From Squalus acanthias (taxonomy: Eukaryota), in contig CM059449.1 in NCBI GenBank assembly GCA_030390025.1, positions 13,702,001-13,766,000 on the forward strand: a stretch of 64,000 nucleotides of DNA. The letters run 5' to 3'. The notes below the pieces were generated by a model. That model was not told where the DNA came from and made no database searches. It saw only the letters and a list, made by a program, of their open reading frames with translations. Position numbers and translations under genes: made by a program. Shown here in pieces: positions 1-11,229 of this stretch (its first letter is position 1; each line of letters begins with the position of its first letter).

Positions 1-558
1 GTCATCACCGTGCACAGTACCCCATTTTCACCCCGCCTGCATAATTGGCCCACGCCCCCTGAATCTGCACCGGGCCATGACAGCGACCGATTCAGGGGGC
101 GGGAGCGGAGTGGCTGGAGGCTTGCGGGGCGCTAAGTAAAGGGGAGGTGGTGGGCAGGGAAAGTACATCGATCGACTTACTCATCGCAGCCCATTGCGTG
201 TTTGAACGGGGGGTCCATGCCGTGATCTGGCAGCCCGGCACTCTCTTGAGTGCTGGGCTATTGGCAAGGCACCCCGCTCCCCGATGGTCCAGGTAGGGCC
301 CCGCAGAGTTGCGGGCTTGGGCCCTCCACTTTAGTGAGGGAAGGGGCCCTTCCATGCGGCAGCGCTATGTGGCCCAGTGCGTAGCGCTACAGAACGCACC
401 ACCCCGATATTTGGGGTTAGCACTCTAAGAAGGAAGTGGAGCACTTGAATTAGCGCTCCACCTCCCTCTTGGAGCACTAAAACTGAAGTTCCCGATCGCC
501 GGCGCTATTTTTCACGGCGATGTTAGCGGCCCAAAATGGTCGCTAACTAATTTTTCCT
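1..558. mobile_element. Partial GC-rich DNA element cut by the window start
   Basis: Shares motifs (tagcgctccac, gaagttcccg, ctaattt terminus) with the right half of 5211-6104. Confidence 0.45.
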
Positions 559-1732
559 AAATGTAGAATGGAAGTTTTTGATTTTTCAATCGCTGGTAAC
601 TGTCTATTGATTGGGCAGTCAACCCCCACACATGTCATTTTGAATGTTACAAATAAGTTAAGGCAAGTTTTGCTCAGAAAAGATAAACTTGCAAATGGAA
701 ATGGAAGATTTGTGGAAATTGCAAAAATTAGCAATAAAGCGGCAAAAAACAAAAATAAATGCATCTATATATAATACCTTATCAAGTTTTTCAGAAATAT
801 CAAGCCCCCAATTTGCCTCAATGTTATGTAACCCACACCCTCAGTTGATATTGCATAAGATACTATTGATAGAGTCCATTATCGCCAAAATAATTATGTA
901 CCAACTTTTAAAATAATTGTGCATGTCATTTCATTTTGAGTTATTAACAGGTGAGCCAACCTTTTATGCAGATTATAATACCATGCAATAAATTGGTAAG
1001 TATAGATATCTATTTATCTCAGTTCTAGTTTTATTTATCCTTTTGGCATTATTTTGTCCACAGTGGAAGGATCAGGTTTAGTTCAAGTACCTGTTCCTGC
1101 CACATCTCTGGGTTGCACAACTGCCTGGGCTTCAGCACCAGCTCTCGCAGTGGCCAATTTAAAATTAACACGGCCAGAATACCGCCGTACCAATTCATTA
1201 CACCTCTAATATTACCAAGAGCAAGTTCCAGATTATACTTTATTCCTCCCCCCCCCCCTCTCCAAACTTCTCAGTCTCTCAACCCGTTGACTCCTACTGG
1301 TGTCGATCGCCTTCAGTGCATCGCCTATGTAGTCATTTTCTCTGGGCTGATTTCAAACAGTGAGCACTGGCATTCGCCGTGGATGGAACGGGAGAGTACC
1401 TGATATTGCTCTCACCCAGGGCCACAAACGTCCATTTTCCAACAGGGGTCATTTGATATTGCTCAGGAGCAGGTACCCTAGCTGACTTTTCACATTAGCC
1501 CAGGGACATGGCTCCAACTGTCGAGCGCTAACTCTTGTTCCGTTCATCAGCACGAGCCGGAACTGTTCCGAAATGATTCAACCCGTGTTCACAAGAGACA
1601 CAGTAACAAATATTGGGAGGGATGACCGGTAATGGCGTGAGACCTGCAGCAAAGTGTCGGCAATGGTGAGTTGTAAACAGATGATATAGAACGGTCTGAA
1701 AGTCACAAGCGGTTTATTCATCATTATATAAT

Positions 1733-2497
1733 GGCCCGAAAATTAGACCTAATACGGGAGATTACGCACTGTGTACTCTCGCGTATTAGGTCCCGAAGTG
1801 CCGGTTTCCTGCATGCACTGCGCATGCATGGGAAACTGGCACTCATGGCATTGCAAAGGGGGCGGTTCCTAAGTGAACCGCATGCGTGCTACAGGTTGTG
1901 GGCACGCAGCGCACTTAGTTTTTTTTTCAGGTTTGAACACGCAGGTAAGTGTTGAAGATTTTACACATGAAGAAAGCAGGCGTAAGACCCCCTTTTAACA
2001 AGATAAGTAGTTAATTAAGTATTATTTTAAATTTTTTTCAACAGTTTTATCTTTTTTAGAGACTTTAAAGAAAGGTAAGTTTATTTTTATAACTTTTAAA
2101 AAGAATTTAAATTTTTTCAAAAATTTAAATTTTTATTTAAAGTGGTTAATTTATTTAACTATAGTTATTTTATTAATGTGATGGTTTTTTTTAAAATTTA
2201 ATTGAGGTTTAGCTGTTCTTTTGGGGGCAAGTTGTATTCATAGCTTTGACAGCTCTTGCTGTCAAAACTATGAATGAAAGATGGTGTGCTGCCATTGGCT
2301 CTAACTGGCCCACGTGATCACAGAGGTAGCATCGAACTAACTGCGCCTCTGGGACATGCACACACTGTGCGCAAGCACCAGGGAGAGGCCCAGGAACTGA
2401 AGTTCGTGTGGGCCAAAATCATAAAGATAGGCGCGGAGTGCGATATCGCGGGGGATCCTTACCCCCGCGGCAACCATCGAACTCCAATTTCTGGGCC
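1733..2497. mobile_element. Non-autonomous DNA transposon, PIF/Harbinger-like
   Basis: Termini ggcccgaaaatt / aatttctgggcc, 3-bp TSD AAT, internal hairpins and an AT-rich core shared with 26653-27440. Confidence 0.7.
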
Positions 2498-3019
2498 AAT
2501 GTTACAGGCACATGAGAGTGGCCTTTCAACACACACTAATGCGTGGAGTATGGCATATACCGTTGAGGGCGTTGGTGGGACTTCATGTGACAGAAAAAGG
2601 TAAGATATGCAAATTTTAGGGACATCTCTGAATGAATATACTGACCGATGCACATTGGTGCGTGGGCAGATACACTCTCGAAAGACTCTTTTGGGACACT
2701 TTAACTCGGTGGAGATCTCTACGGTTTTCCATTGCCTGTATGTGTATTCAGTCGTGCAATATGGCACAGTTCAAAATCACTTTCTCGGCTTCCCATTTGC
2801 TGGTTTACCTGGATGAAGGAACACGCTAACTGGTAGCAGCATTGACTTGCAGTACAATTACAATACAATACTGAAGTCTTTGACCATGTGTGTATTACTG
2901 CTAATTCTTTATCTGCCGGGCTATAGTTGAAAAGCACTCTTGCTGTTCGTAAAACATGTTCCTGGGGACCGGAGAAGGGCAGGTGTTACTCGCATTTTGT
3001 TAAATGGCAGCGAAGTTAT

Positions 3020-4275
3020 CAAAGGATTACATAGGATATACGGCACAGAAACAGATCATTCGGCCCAATCAGTCCATGCCGGCGTTTATGCTCCACACGA
3101 GCCTCCTCCCGTCTTTCCTCATCTAAATCTATCAGCATAACCCTATAATCCCTTTCCCCCTCATACACTTGTCTAGCCTCCCCTTAAATGCATCTATAAT
3201 ATTCGCTTCAACCACTCCCTGTGGTAGCGAGTTCCACATTCTCACCACTCTTTGGGTAAAGAAGTTTCTTCTGAATTCCCTATTGGATTTCTTGGTGACT
3301 ATCTTATATTGATGGCCTCTAGTTATGCTTTTCCCCACAAGCGGAAACATTCTCTCTGTATCCACTCTATCAAAAGCTTTCATAATTTTAAAGACCTATA
3401 TTAGGTCACCCCTCAGCCTTCTTTTTTCTAGAGAAAAAACACCCAGCCTGTTCATACTTTCCTGATATGTAAACCCTCGCATTCTCGTATCATCCTTGTA
3501 AATCTTCTCTGCACCCTCTTCAGTGCTTCTATATACTTTTCATAATATGGCGACCAGAACTGTACGCAGTTTTCTAAGTGTGGTCCAACCATTGTTCGAT
3601 GTAGGTTTAGCATAACTTCCCTACTTTTCAATTCCACCCCTCTAGAAATAAACCCAAGCGCTTGGTTTACTTTTTTATGACCTTGCTAACCTGCATCGCA
3701 ACTTTTAGTGATTTGTGTATTTGTACTCCGAGATCCCTTTGTTCCTCTACCCCACCTAGACTCGCACCCTCCAAGTGATAAGTGACCTCCCTATTCTTCC
3801 TACCAAAATATAATACCTCACATTTATCTGTGTTGAACTTCCATTTGTCAATTATTAGCCCATTTTGCAAGTTTATTAATGTCCTCCTGGAACTTGTTGC
3901 TGTCCTCCTCAGTATTGACTATTACACCCCCCCCCCCCCCCCCCCCAATTTGGTGTCATCCACAAATTTGTTTTTGATTCCTAGGTCTGAATCGTTAATG
4001 TAAATTGTGAACAGCAGTGGTCCCAGCACTGATCCTTGTGGAACACCACTACCCACTATGAATAGCTGCCCTTTACTCCCACTCTCTGCTTTCTGTGCTG
4101 AAGCCAGCCAGCAATCCATTCTGCTACTTGTCCCCTGACTCCGCATTCTCTGACCTTGTTCATCAGTCTATTATGGAATAGCTTGTCAAAGGCCTTTTGA
4201 AAATCCAGATCAATTACATCCACTGCATTACCATTGTCTACTCTCTCTGTTACCTCTTCAAAAAAGTCAATATGG
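3020..4275 (-). mobile_element. CR1 LINE, 5'-truncated ORF2 (RT) and 3' UTR
   Basis: Fragments [48 protein letters not shown]. Confidence 0.92.
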
Positions 4276-5210
4276 TGACCCAGGAAACTACAGACCATTG
4301 AGTTTGACGGCCACTGTGGGTAAAGCTATGCAAACCTTTATTAAAGAAAAGATCACACAGCATCTGTCGTAAAAGATAAGGAATTTGGGTTCATGAAGAG
4401 GAGGTCTTGACCACGACAAGCGGTTTCACCTTCTCCAGAACGGGACGCCCCCTGTGCCTGAAGGGGTTACAGTCAAAACTAATCTGCAGAAACATTATTT
4501 AATTGAGAGAGTGGCAACTCGTGACTAAAATGGATCGTGCGGCTGATCCAATATCGTTTACACTATCACTTAATGTTAAAATTACAACCTCTTCTAGCTT
4601 GTCATAAAATTGAACTGCAGTGCAAGTTATAATGAGAAGCAAATGCGATTTTTATAAATGTGATTGACAGGATCAGTTGTGCAAATGTTTCATCAGCAAG
4701 CTCCTTTGACCTTTGACGTTTGACACGATGCACTGTTCTATAAAGCAGCTTAAACACCCATCTCTTCCATTTAAAGCGCCATAAATACTTTGGTGCTATA
4801 ACTGCAATCACACTGTGAATGAAACATCAGTTACCAATCGAAAGAGGAAATGATACCATTTAACTAACACTGATATTTTAATATCCTGCATCCTTTACTG
4901 TCCTGTTACCGCACTTGCACAGAGTTGCACCGCTCTCTCTCTCTCTCTCTCAGCTGGTGAGGGCGCTTCAGCCCAGACAAACCTTTGCAGTTGTGGTCTA
5001 TTCTCGCTCGGTCGACTTTGTTTATCTTAGTGGGTTATTCCGTATAAAATTCATGCCTAAACAGTTCATAATTATTGGTAAAAATTCACAAACAGAACAG
5101 CAGCCCAATGTGTGGAACATTGTACCATGTTTTATAGGATTGCTCCTGTGAGTCACCCCCCTCTCCCCCCCCCCCCCCCCGTGGACAACAAATCTTAATA
5201 AAACTATTGA

Positions 5211-6104
5211 GGGTAAAAATTCACTTGGTTGCGCCACCTGTTAGCGCCTTAAGAGGGCGCTAATGGGGCGCAAAGCCGCTAACGCCCGGGCGCAGCGATG
5301 TTTGCGCCGCTCGAGAACGTAACTTGAGATTGTGCGGCGGCGCTAAAACTTACCGCTGCGACCACCTGCGCGCGCAGATTGTGACGTCATTCCATGGTGC
5401 AACGCCCTTGGGGCGCCCCGTAGCGGAAATTGAGTGGCGCCCCCTGCCTTACCGCCTGGCGCTTCCAACGACCAGAAGACTGGAACGCTATCAATCGCTG
5501 TGGGGCTGGGGGGGGGGCGCTATTTAAAGGGGGCCTCTTCCTGTCTTTTATTGTTGGTGGCATTTTTGAACTACGCATTCTGAGAGAGAGAGGGAGAGAC
5601 TTCTGGAGAGATTCAACGTTGTGTGAAGGAGTTTTGGGTACTGAGCAGCACTTTGCAGGTTCATTTTGATTTGCCATTCCTTGTATCGATTTAGCAGAGA
5701 CCGTGGGAGCTGCACTCTGAGCTCTTTGCCTGGTGCTCTCAATTGTTCTTTCCAGCACATTTGATGTGCAAGTCTCTCCAGGCCGAGATTCAAGGCAGCA
5801 ATGAACAGGATGTGGATGGAAAGCAAGATTAACCATCCCCTTTAAGAACTGGCCCGTGCCATTGTGTGTGTGTTCCATTGCTGACTGACATTACATGAGC
5901 TTCGCCAGCGCTCCGAGTTAGCGCCTCACTGCTCGGCCTTTGCACCTTAAGAGAGGTGTGCAGCGCCTGCTTTAGCGCTCCACTCACCTCCCGGGGCGGT
6001 AAAAGTGAAGTTTCCCGTCAGTGCAGATAATTAGCGCCAGGCGCTAATATTTGCGTCCGGACGATATTTGCGCCCCAAATGGGGCGCGACCTAATTTCTA
6101 CCCT
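5211..6104. mobile_element. Non-autonomous DNA transposon (Harbinger-like)
   Basis: Termini gggtaaaaatt / aatttctaccc, GC-rich subterminal inverted similarity, TGA on both flanks. Confidence 0.65.
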
Positions 6105-6445
6105 TGATATTTCAGTTGGTTGCTTCATATATATTATCTTGATTTCAAGTTATAACTGTCTCATATGAAACATTGTGTATTTTACAATGATGTATTTCTG
6201 TTTCATTCTTCGAGATATTATTTCTTAAAATAGGCGTGACCGTCGGCCGTAAGAGCCCATTTTAACTTTAAATTTTAATTTTGGGCGATAGCGCAAAATG
6301 GGCGAATTCGAATTAGCCACTTATTATGCACCCGGCCGGTTTTTCCTTCCATTGACTTACATGGAAAGGAGAATGAGAAGTGGTGCACAATGCGCAGCTA
6401 ATTCAATATTGTTCATTCTGCACAATCGCCCAAAATTAAAACTAT

Positions 6446-7078
6446 CCCGAGGATCGCATTCAACTTCGGCGGGGGCGCAAAACAGGCGCTACGGGATGAG
6501 CAGCACTTTATACACCCAGCCCGGTCCTCCTTTCTACTGAAGTCGAAGGTGGTGAGGGTGGCGATTTTCGCCGAATATTTAAGTCGCTACAGAGGTGAAG
6601 AGGCGGCCTAGCTGGGGTCTTAAGCTGAAACGCCGGTTTAGCCACGTTTAACGCATGACGCCATCTTGGTAAAGGAGTTGAAGCAGCGCTAGGACCGTTA
6701 AACAGCTGATTGCCACTGAAAATGCCTGCTAGTTCTCACTAAATTAGCTGCAGGGCATTTTGGTGGCTAGCGCTTCAACTAATGCCCTCTCCTAACAGCG
6801 ACCAGCTGTTTGGGAGTAAACACCTTGTTGATGTCGATTGCAAGCGCTACTTAAAGGGATACAGACCACATAAAGGATACTTACCAATTCATGACCACTG
6901 CTGCTGGAGCTGTGAAGCGGTCCTCTGAAACAAGACTTTCTGGGACATTTTGCCAAAACTTCACCAACACTCGAACAATAATGACTGCAATGGAAGTGAA
7001 TGTTGGGCGCTGCGTATAACGGGCGGCCGATCTGATACCGCCCGTTTAGCGCCACCACCCGAGACGAATTTCTACCCC
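6446..7078. mobile_element. Related non-autonomous DNA element
   Basis: Ends in aatttctacccc like the 5211-6104 element; imperfect subterminal inverted similarity. Confidence 0.5.
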
Positions 7079-7379
7079 TTTAACTTTTGTGCCTGAGCGA
7101 GAAATGAGTAATAGTGAATGACTTCTCTGGAACAGAATATAGCGCGAGGTGTAAAACGGGCGGCCGATAGGCTGTCATCCAATTTTCGCTGGGAAATAAT
7201 AGCTAACATTACCCCAGCTTTGTGAATGTGCCCCTGCTATGGAAACCGTCCGATTTTCATTTCCATTCACTTCAACAGAAATAAAAATCAGGCGGTTTCT
7301 ATAAAGGGTGAACAGTTCTCAATGCCAGTTTTATGTCAGGACCGGGGGCGTGTGGGGGGGGGGGGGGGGGGTGCAATTG

Positions 7380-8260
7380 TAATGAAAACAGTAAATCCTG
7401 GAAACACTCAGCAGGTCAGGCAGCATCTGTGGAGAGAGAAACAGAGTTAAGCTTTCAGATCGATGACATTTCGCCAGAACTGGAAAAAGTTAGAGATGTA
7501 ACAGGATTTAAGCAAGTACAGAGGCAGGGAAAGGGTGGGGGGAGGAAAGAACAAAAGGGAAGGGTTGTGATAGGGTGGAAGGCAGGAGAGATTAAAAGAC
7601 AAAAGGTATGATGGTGCAAGGCAGAAGGACATGATAATGGGACAAGTAAAGAAACAAAAGATGGGTTTAGAGGAGGAGTAAATGAGAATATTGGAATCAT
7701 CACCTGTTGCCGTCCAAAAAATATGGGGGCAGAGGTTATGGTCTGAAATTGTTGAACCCAAATTGAGTCTGGAAGGCTGTAAACTACCTAATCGAAAGGT
7801 GAAGTGCTGTTCCTCGAGCTTACGTTGAGCTTCGTTGGAACAGTATAGGAGACCTGGGACAGAGTGGTCAGAGTGGAAGTGGTGCAGAGAATTAAAGTGT
7901 CAGGTGAGTGGAAGCTCAGGGTCACGCTTGCAGACTGAATGGAGGTGTTACGCAATCTGCATTTGGTCTCCCCAATGTAGAGCCGACCGTATCGTGAGCA
8001 GCGAATATAGTATACTAAATGAAAAGAAGTACAAGTAAATCGTTGTTTTACCTGGAAGGAGTGTTTGAGGCCCTGGACGGTGGAAAGGGAGGAGGTAAAA
8101 GTGCAGGCGTTGTATCTGCTGTGCTTTCATGGGAAGGTGCCTTGGGAAGGGAAGTGGGTGTTGCGGGTGACTGAGGTCTGAACCAGGGTGTCGCGGAGAG
8201 AGCGGTCACTTCAGAATGCTGATAGGGGAGCGGAGGGGTAGATGTATTTGGGAGGGTCAT
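7380..8260 (-). mobile_element. Penelope-like element fragment (same family, reverse strand)
   Basis: Reverse-complement similarity to 10275-10930 (GIY-YIG region and terminal repeat); frameshifted. Confidence 0.8.
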
Positions 8261-8629
8261 TTGTAATGTTCGATGTCAATGGAAAGGATAATTGGGTGAG
8301 GTGTACAATTGGGCGAGGTCGATCGAATAGCAGGACAGGTGTGCCACAGATTCGATTTCCAGTCTGCCTTATTTTGCCTCTCAGTGGGAAAGCCAAATCT
8401 GCTTAGTGCTCCTGGTTAAGGATGGGAAATGTCAGCTATCATTCCCATTCCCAATCACATTGCATGACCACTGGACATCCACGTGTGGTCATTGGGCGAG
8501 GGCAATATTGGACTCGGTTGTGATGCCCTTTACAGTCGCACTCATCACCTAAACTCAGACTGAAAAATGGCTGAGGTACAGCATGGTTGGTTTCTGTCGT
8601 TGGAAGTTTACCCCACCATCAGTCAACAG

Positions 8630-9160
8630 CTTGCAGGAAAGATGTGATTGCACTAGAGAGGGTACAGAGGAGATTTACGAGAATGTTGCCAGGACTGGAG
8701 AATTTTAGCTATGAGGAAAGATTAGATAGACTGGCATTGTTTACTTTGGAACAGAGGAGGCTGTGGGGAGATTTAATTGAGATGTATAAAATTATGAGGG
8801 GCCTAGATAGAGTGGATAGGAAGGACCTATTTCCCTTAGCAGAAGGGTCAATAACCAGGGGCATAGATTTTAAGTAATTGTTAGGATGTTTAGAGGGGAG
8901 TTGAGGAGAACTTTGTTCACCCAGAGGATGGGGGGGGGGGGGGGGAGGGTCTTAAACTCACTGCCGGAAAGGGTCGTGGATACAGAAACCCTCATCACAT
9001 TTAAAAAGTACTTGGATATGCACTTGAAGTGCCGTAACCTACAAGGCTATGGACCAAGAGCTGGAAAGTGGGATTAGGCTGGATAGCTCTTTTTCGACCA
9101 GCACAGACACGTTGAGCCGAATGGCCTCCTTCCGTGCCGTAAATGTCTATGATTCTATAA
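8630..9160 (+). mobile_element. CR1 LINE 3' fragment
   Basis: KDVIALERVQRRFTRMLPGL...; CR1 3' UTR. Confidence 0.88.
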
Positions 9161-10132
9161 TCTCACATTGATGTAGTTGTAGATTATGATTTACTTATGT
9201 GGTTTGGTTCAGCTGCTAAAAGTATGCTTGAAGATTGTAACAGAATATAACCACCCACAAAATCTGGAGTAGTATTATAATCTAAAAATAGTATATAGTT
9301 CGCTTATTTTTAACGCGATAGTTATATTTTCAATGTTTTTTTTAAACAAGAATCGCTTCAGATCATGGTTAGTCAGTAGGACACACTACTGTTCCATTTA
9401 ACACATTTCACCTATATTGGTGCATTATTTCCACTTTAATTATTTGCATTTATTGTTACATTGTTCTACATTTGCTGCCAACTGGCCTAGTTATATACTC
9501 AAAAGGTCCATATTCCACATAAGTGGTGGCATGGCTCCTCGTCGAATTTTACTGTAAATATTGAGCTCCTCCATTTGACGGGCAATTTATTGATATAAAC
9601 CACTGGACTAGCCAATAATAAACTTTTCCTGCTTCAAATGATTCTAATTTATGTCTATTAGCTGTTTCATAAGGTGAAGCAGACTTTCTATCCAGCTCAC
9701 ACTATCCCATAATATCCCTTCTAATCTCACCCATTATTCGCTGTTGCAGAACCTTGTTAAACGTTGTATATGTCCTTCCATGTTTAACAATATTTCCATT
9801 CTGCACCGTCATACGAACGTTTTCTGAAAATCTCTTCGACATTGTACAAAGTGAAAGCTATTGCAGATGTTCTCATCTCTCCGCAATTATATTTTTTCAA
9901 TGGTATTCATATTATATCTTTGCTTACTCGTTATTGTTCTATAGTATCGCATTAAGAATTAATTTATTCAGCTGTAGCCAGAGGTATTTCTCTTTTTTTG
10001 GCGAGCTATATGCCTGAACCATGTTGAAACAATCAGCACGCTTAATAGTCTCCAAATCAAGCAAAAGAGAGGAAACACTTGCATTTAGCTAGCGTTTTAT
10101 CAGATGTTTCAGCCCATCCCAAAGCATTTCAT

Positions 10133-10932
10133 ATAATACAATAACAAAATACTGCGGATGCTGGAAATCTGAAATAACAACAGAAAATGCTGGAAAACTC
10201 AGCAGGCCAGGCAGCAACCGTGGAGAGAGAAACAGAGCTAACGTTTCAGGTCTGGGACCCTTCACCAGAACATGCAACACCTGCCCTTTTATCTCCTCCC
10301 TCCCCACTGTCCAGGGCCCCAAATGCCCCTTCCAGGTGAAACAGCGATTTACTTGTACTTCTTGCAATTTAGTATACTGTATTCGCTGCTCACGATGCGG
10401 TCTCCTCGACATTGGAGAGACCAAATGCAGATTGGGCGACCACTTTGTGGAACACCTCCGTACAGTCTGTGAGGGTGACCCTGAGCTTCCGGTCGCCTGT
10501 CATTTTAATTCTCCACTTCACTCCCACTCTGATCTCTCTGTCCTCGGCCTTTTACACTGTTCCAATGAAGCTGAACGTAAGCTCGAGGAACAGCACCTCA
10601 TCTTTCGATTAGGCACTTTACAGCCTTCTGGACTCAACATTGAGTTCAACAATTTCAGCCTATAATCCCCTGCCCCCATTTTTCAGGCTGTTTATGATTT
10701 TGCCATCCACATTTGCAGCATTTTATCTCTCCTGCCTCTTACCCTAGCACAGAATATTCCTTCCTCCCCTCCCCTCCCCCTTTCCCTGCCTCTGCACCTG
10801 CTTAAAATCTGTTACATCTCTAGCCTTTTCCAGTTCTGATGAAGGGTCCCAGACCTGAAACGTTAACTCTGTTTCTCTCTCCACGGATGCTGCCTGGCCT
10901 GCTGCGTGTTTCCAACATTTTCTGTTGTTATT
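10133..10932 (+). mobile_element. 5'-truncated Penelope-like retroelement with GIY-YIG endonuclease end and inverted terminal repeat
   Basis: ORF 10336-10665 has NLVYCIRC..C...DIGET..R and a Cys/His pattern typical of PLE GIY-YIG. The 3' repeat (to about 10930) recurs inverted at about 10140-10270. A 14-bp duplication ccaaagcatttcat lies at 10119-10132 and 10933-10946. Confidence 0.88.
10832..10868 (+). ncRNA. Minimal type I hammerhead ribozyme motif (Penelope-associated)
   Basis: agtt-CTGATGA-a-gggtc(cca)gacct-GAAA-cg-TT-aact: stem I agtt/aact, intact core boxes, stem II and palindromic AACGTT stem III. Confidence 0.75.
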
Positions 10933-11229
10933 CCAAAGCATTTCATGTTCCATTGTTGTGTGTGTAATTGACAGTATTAGAATCATCGAATTATAGAATG
11001 ATACCGCACAGAAGGAGGCCATTCGGCCCATCGAGCCTGTGCCAGCTCTATTATTTTATATTAGTCTATACTCAGGTAACCTTTTTTCCCACTTAACTAA
11101 GCAATGTTGCAGACTTACCTGGAGCCCAGCAGGAAATACGTTACCTCCAGCAGCAGTTCCATCGCTCCAAGTCCCATCGACGACCCAGACTCTATTGCTT
11201 ATTATGAAGAAAGCCGCTGAGTACTTGTG

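Noticed and set aside
11119-11200. Minus-strand leader-like MGLGAMELLLEVTYFLLGS with a gtaagt donor
   Set aside because: The donor is phase 2, atypical for IgSF leaders, and I found no downstream Ig exon in 1-11000.
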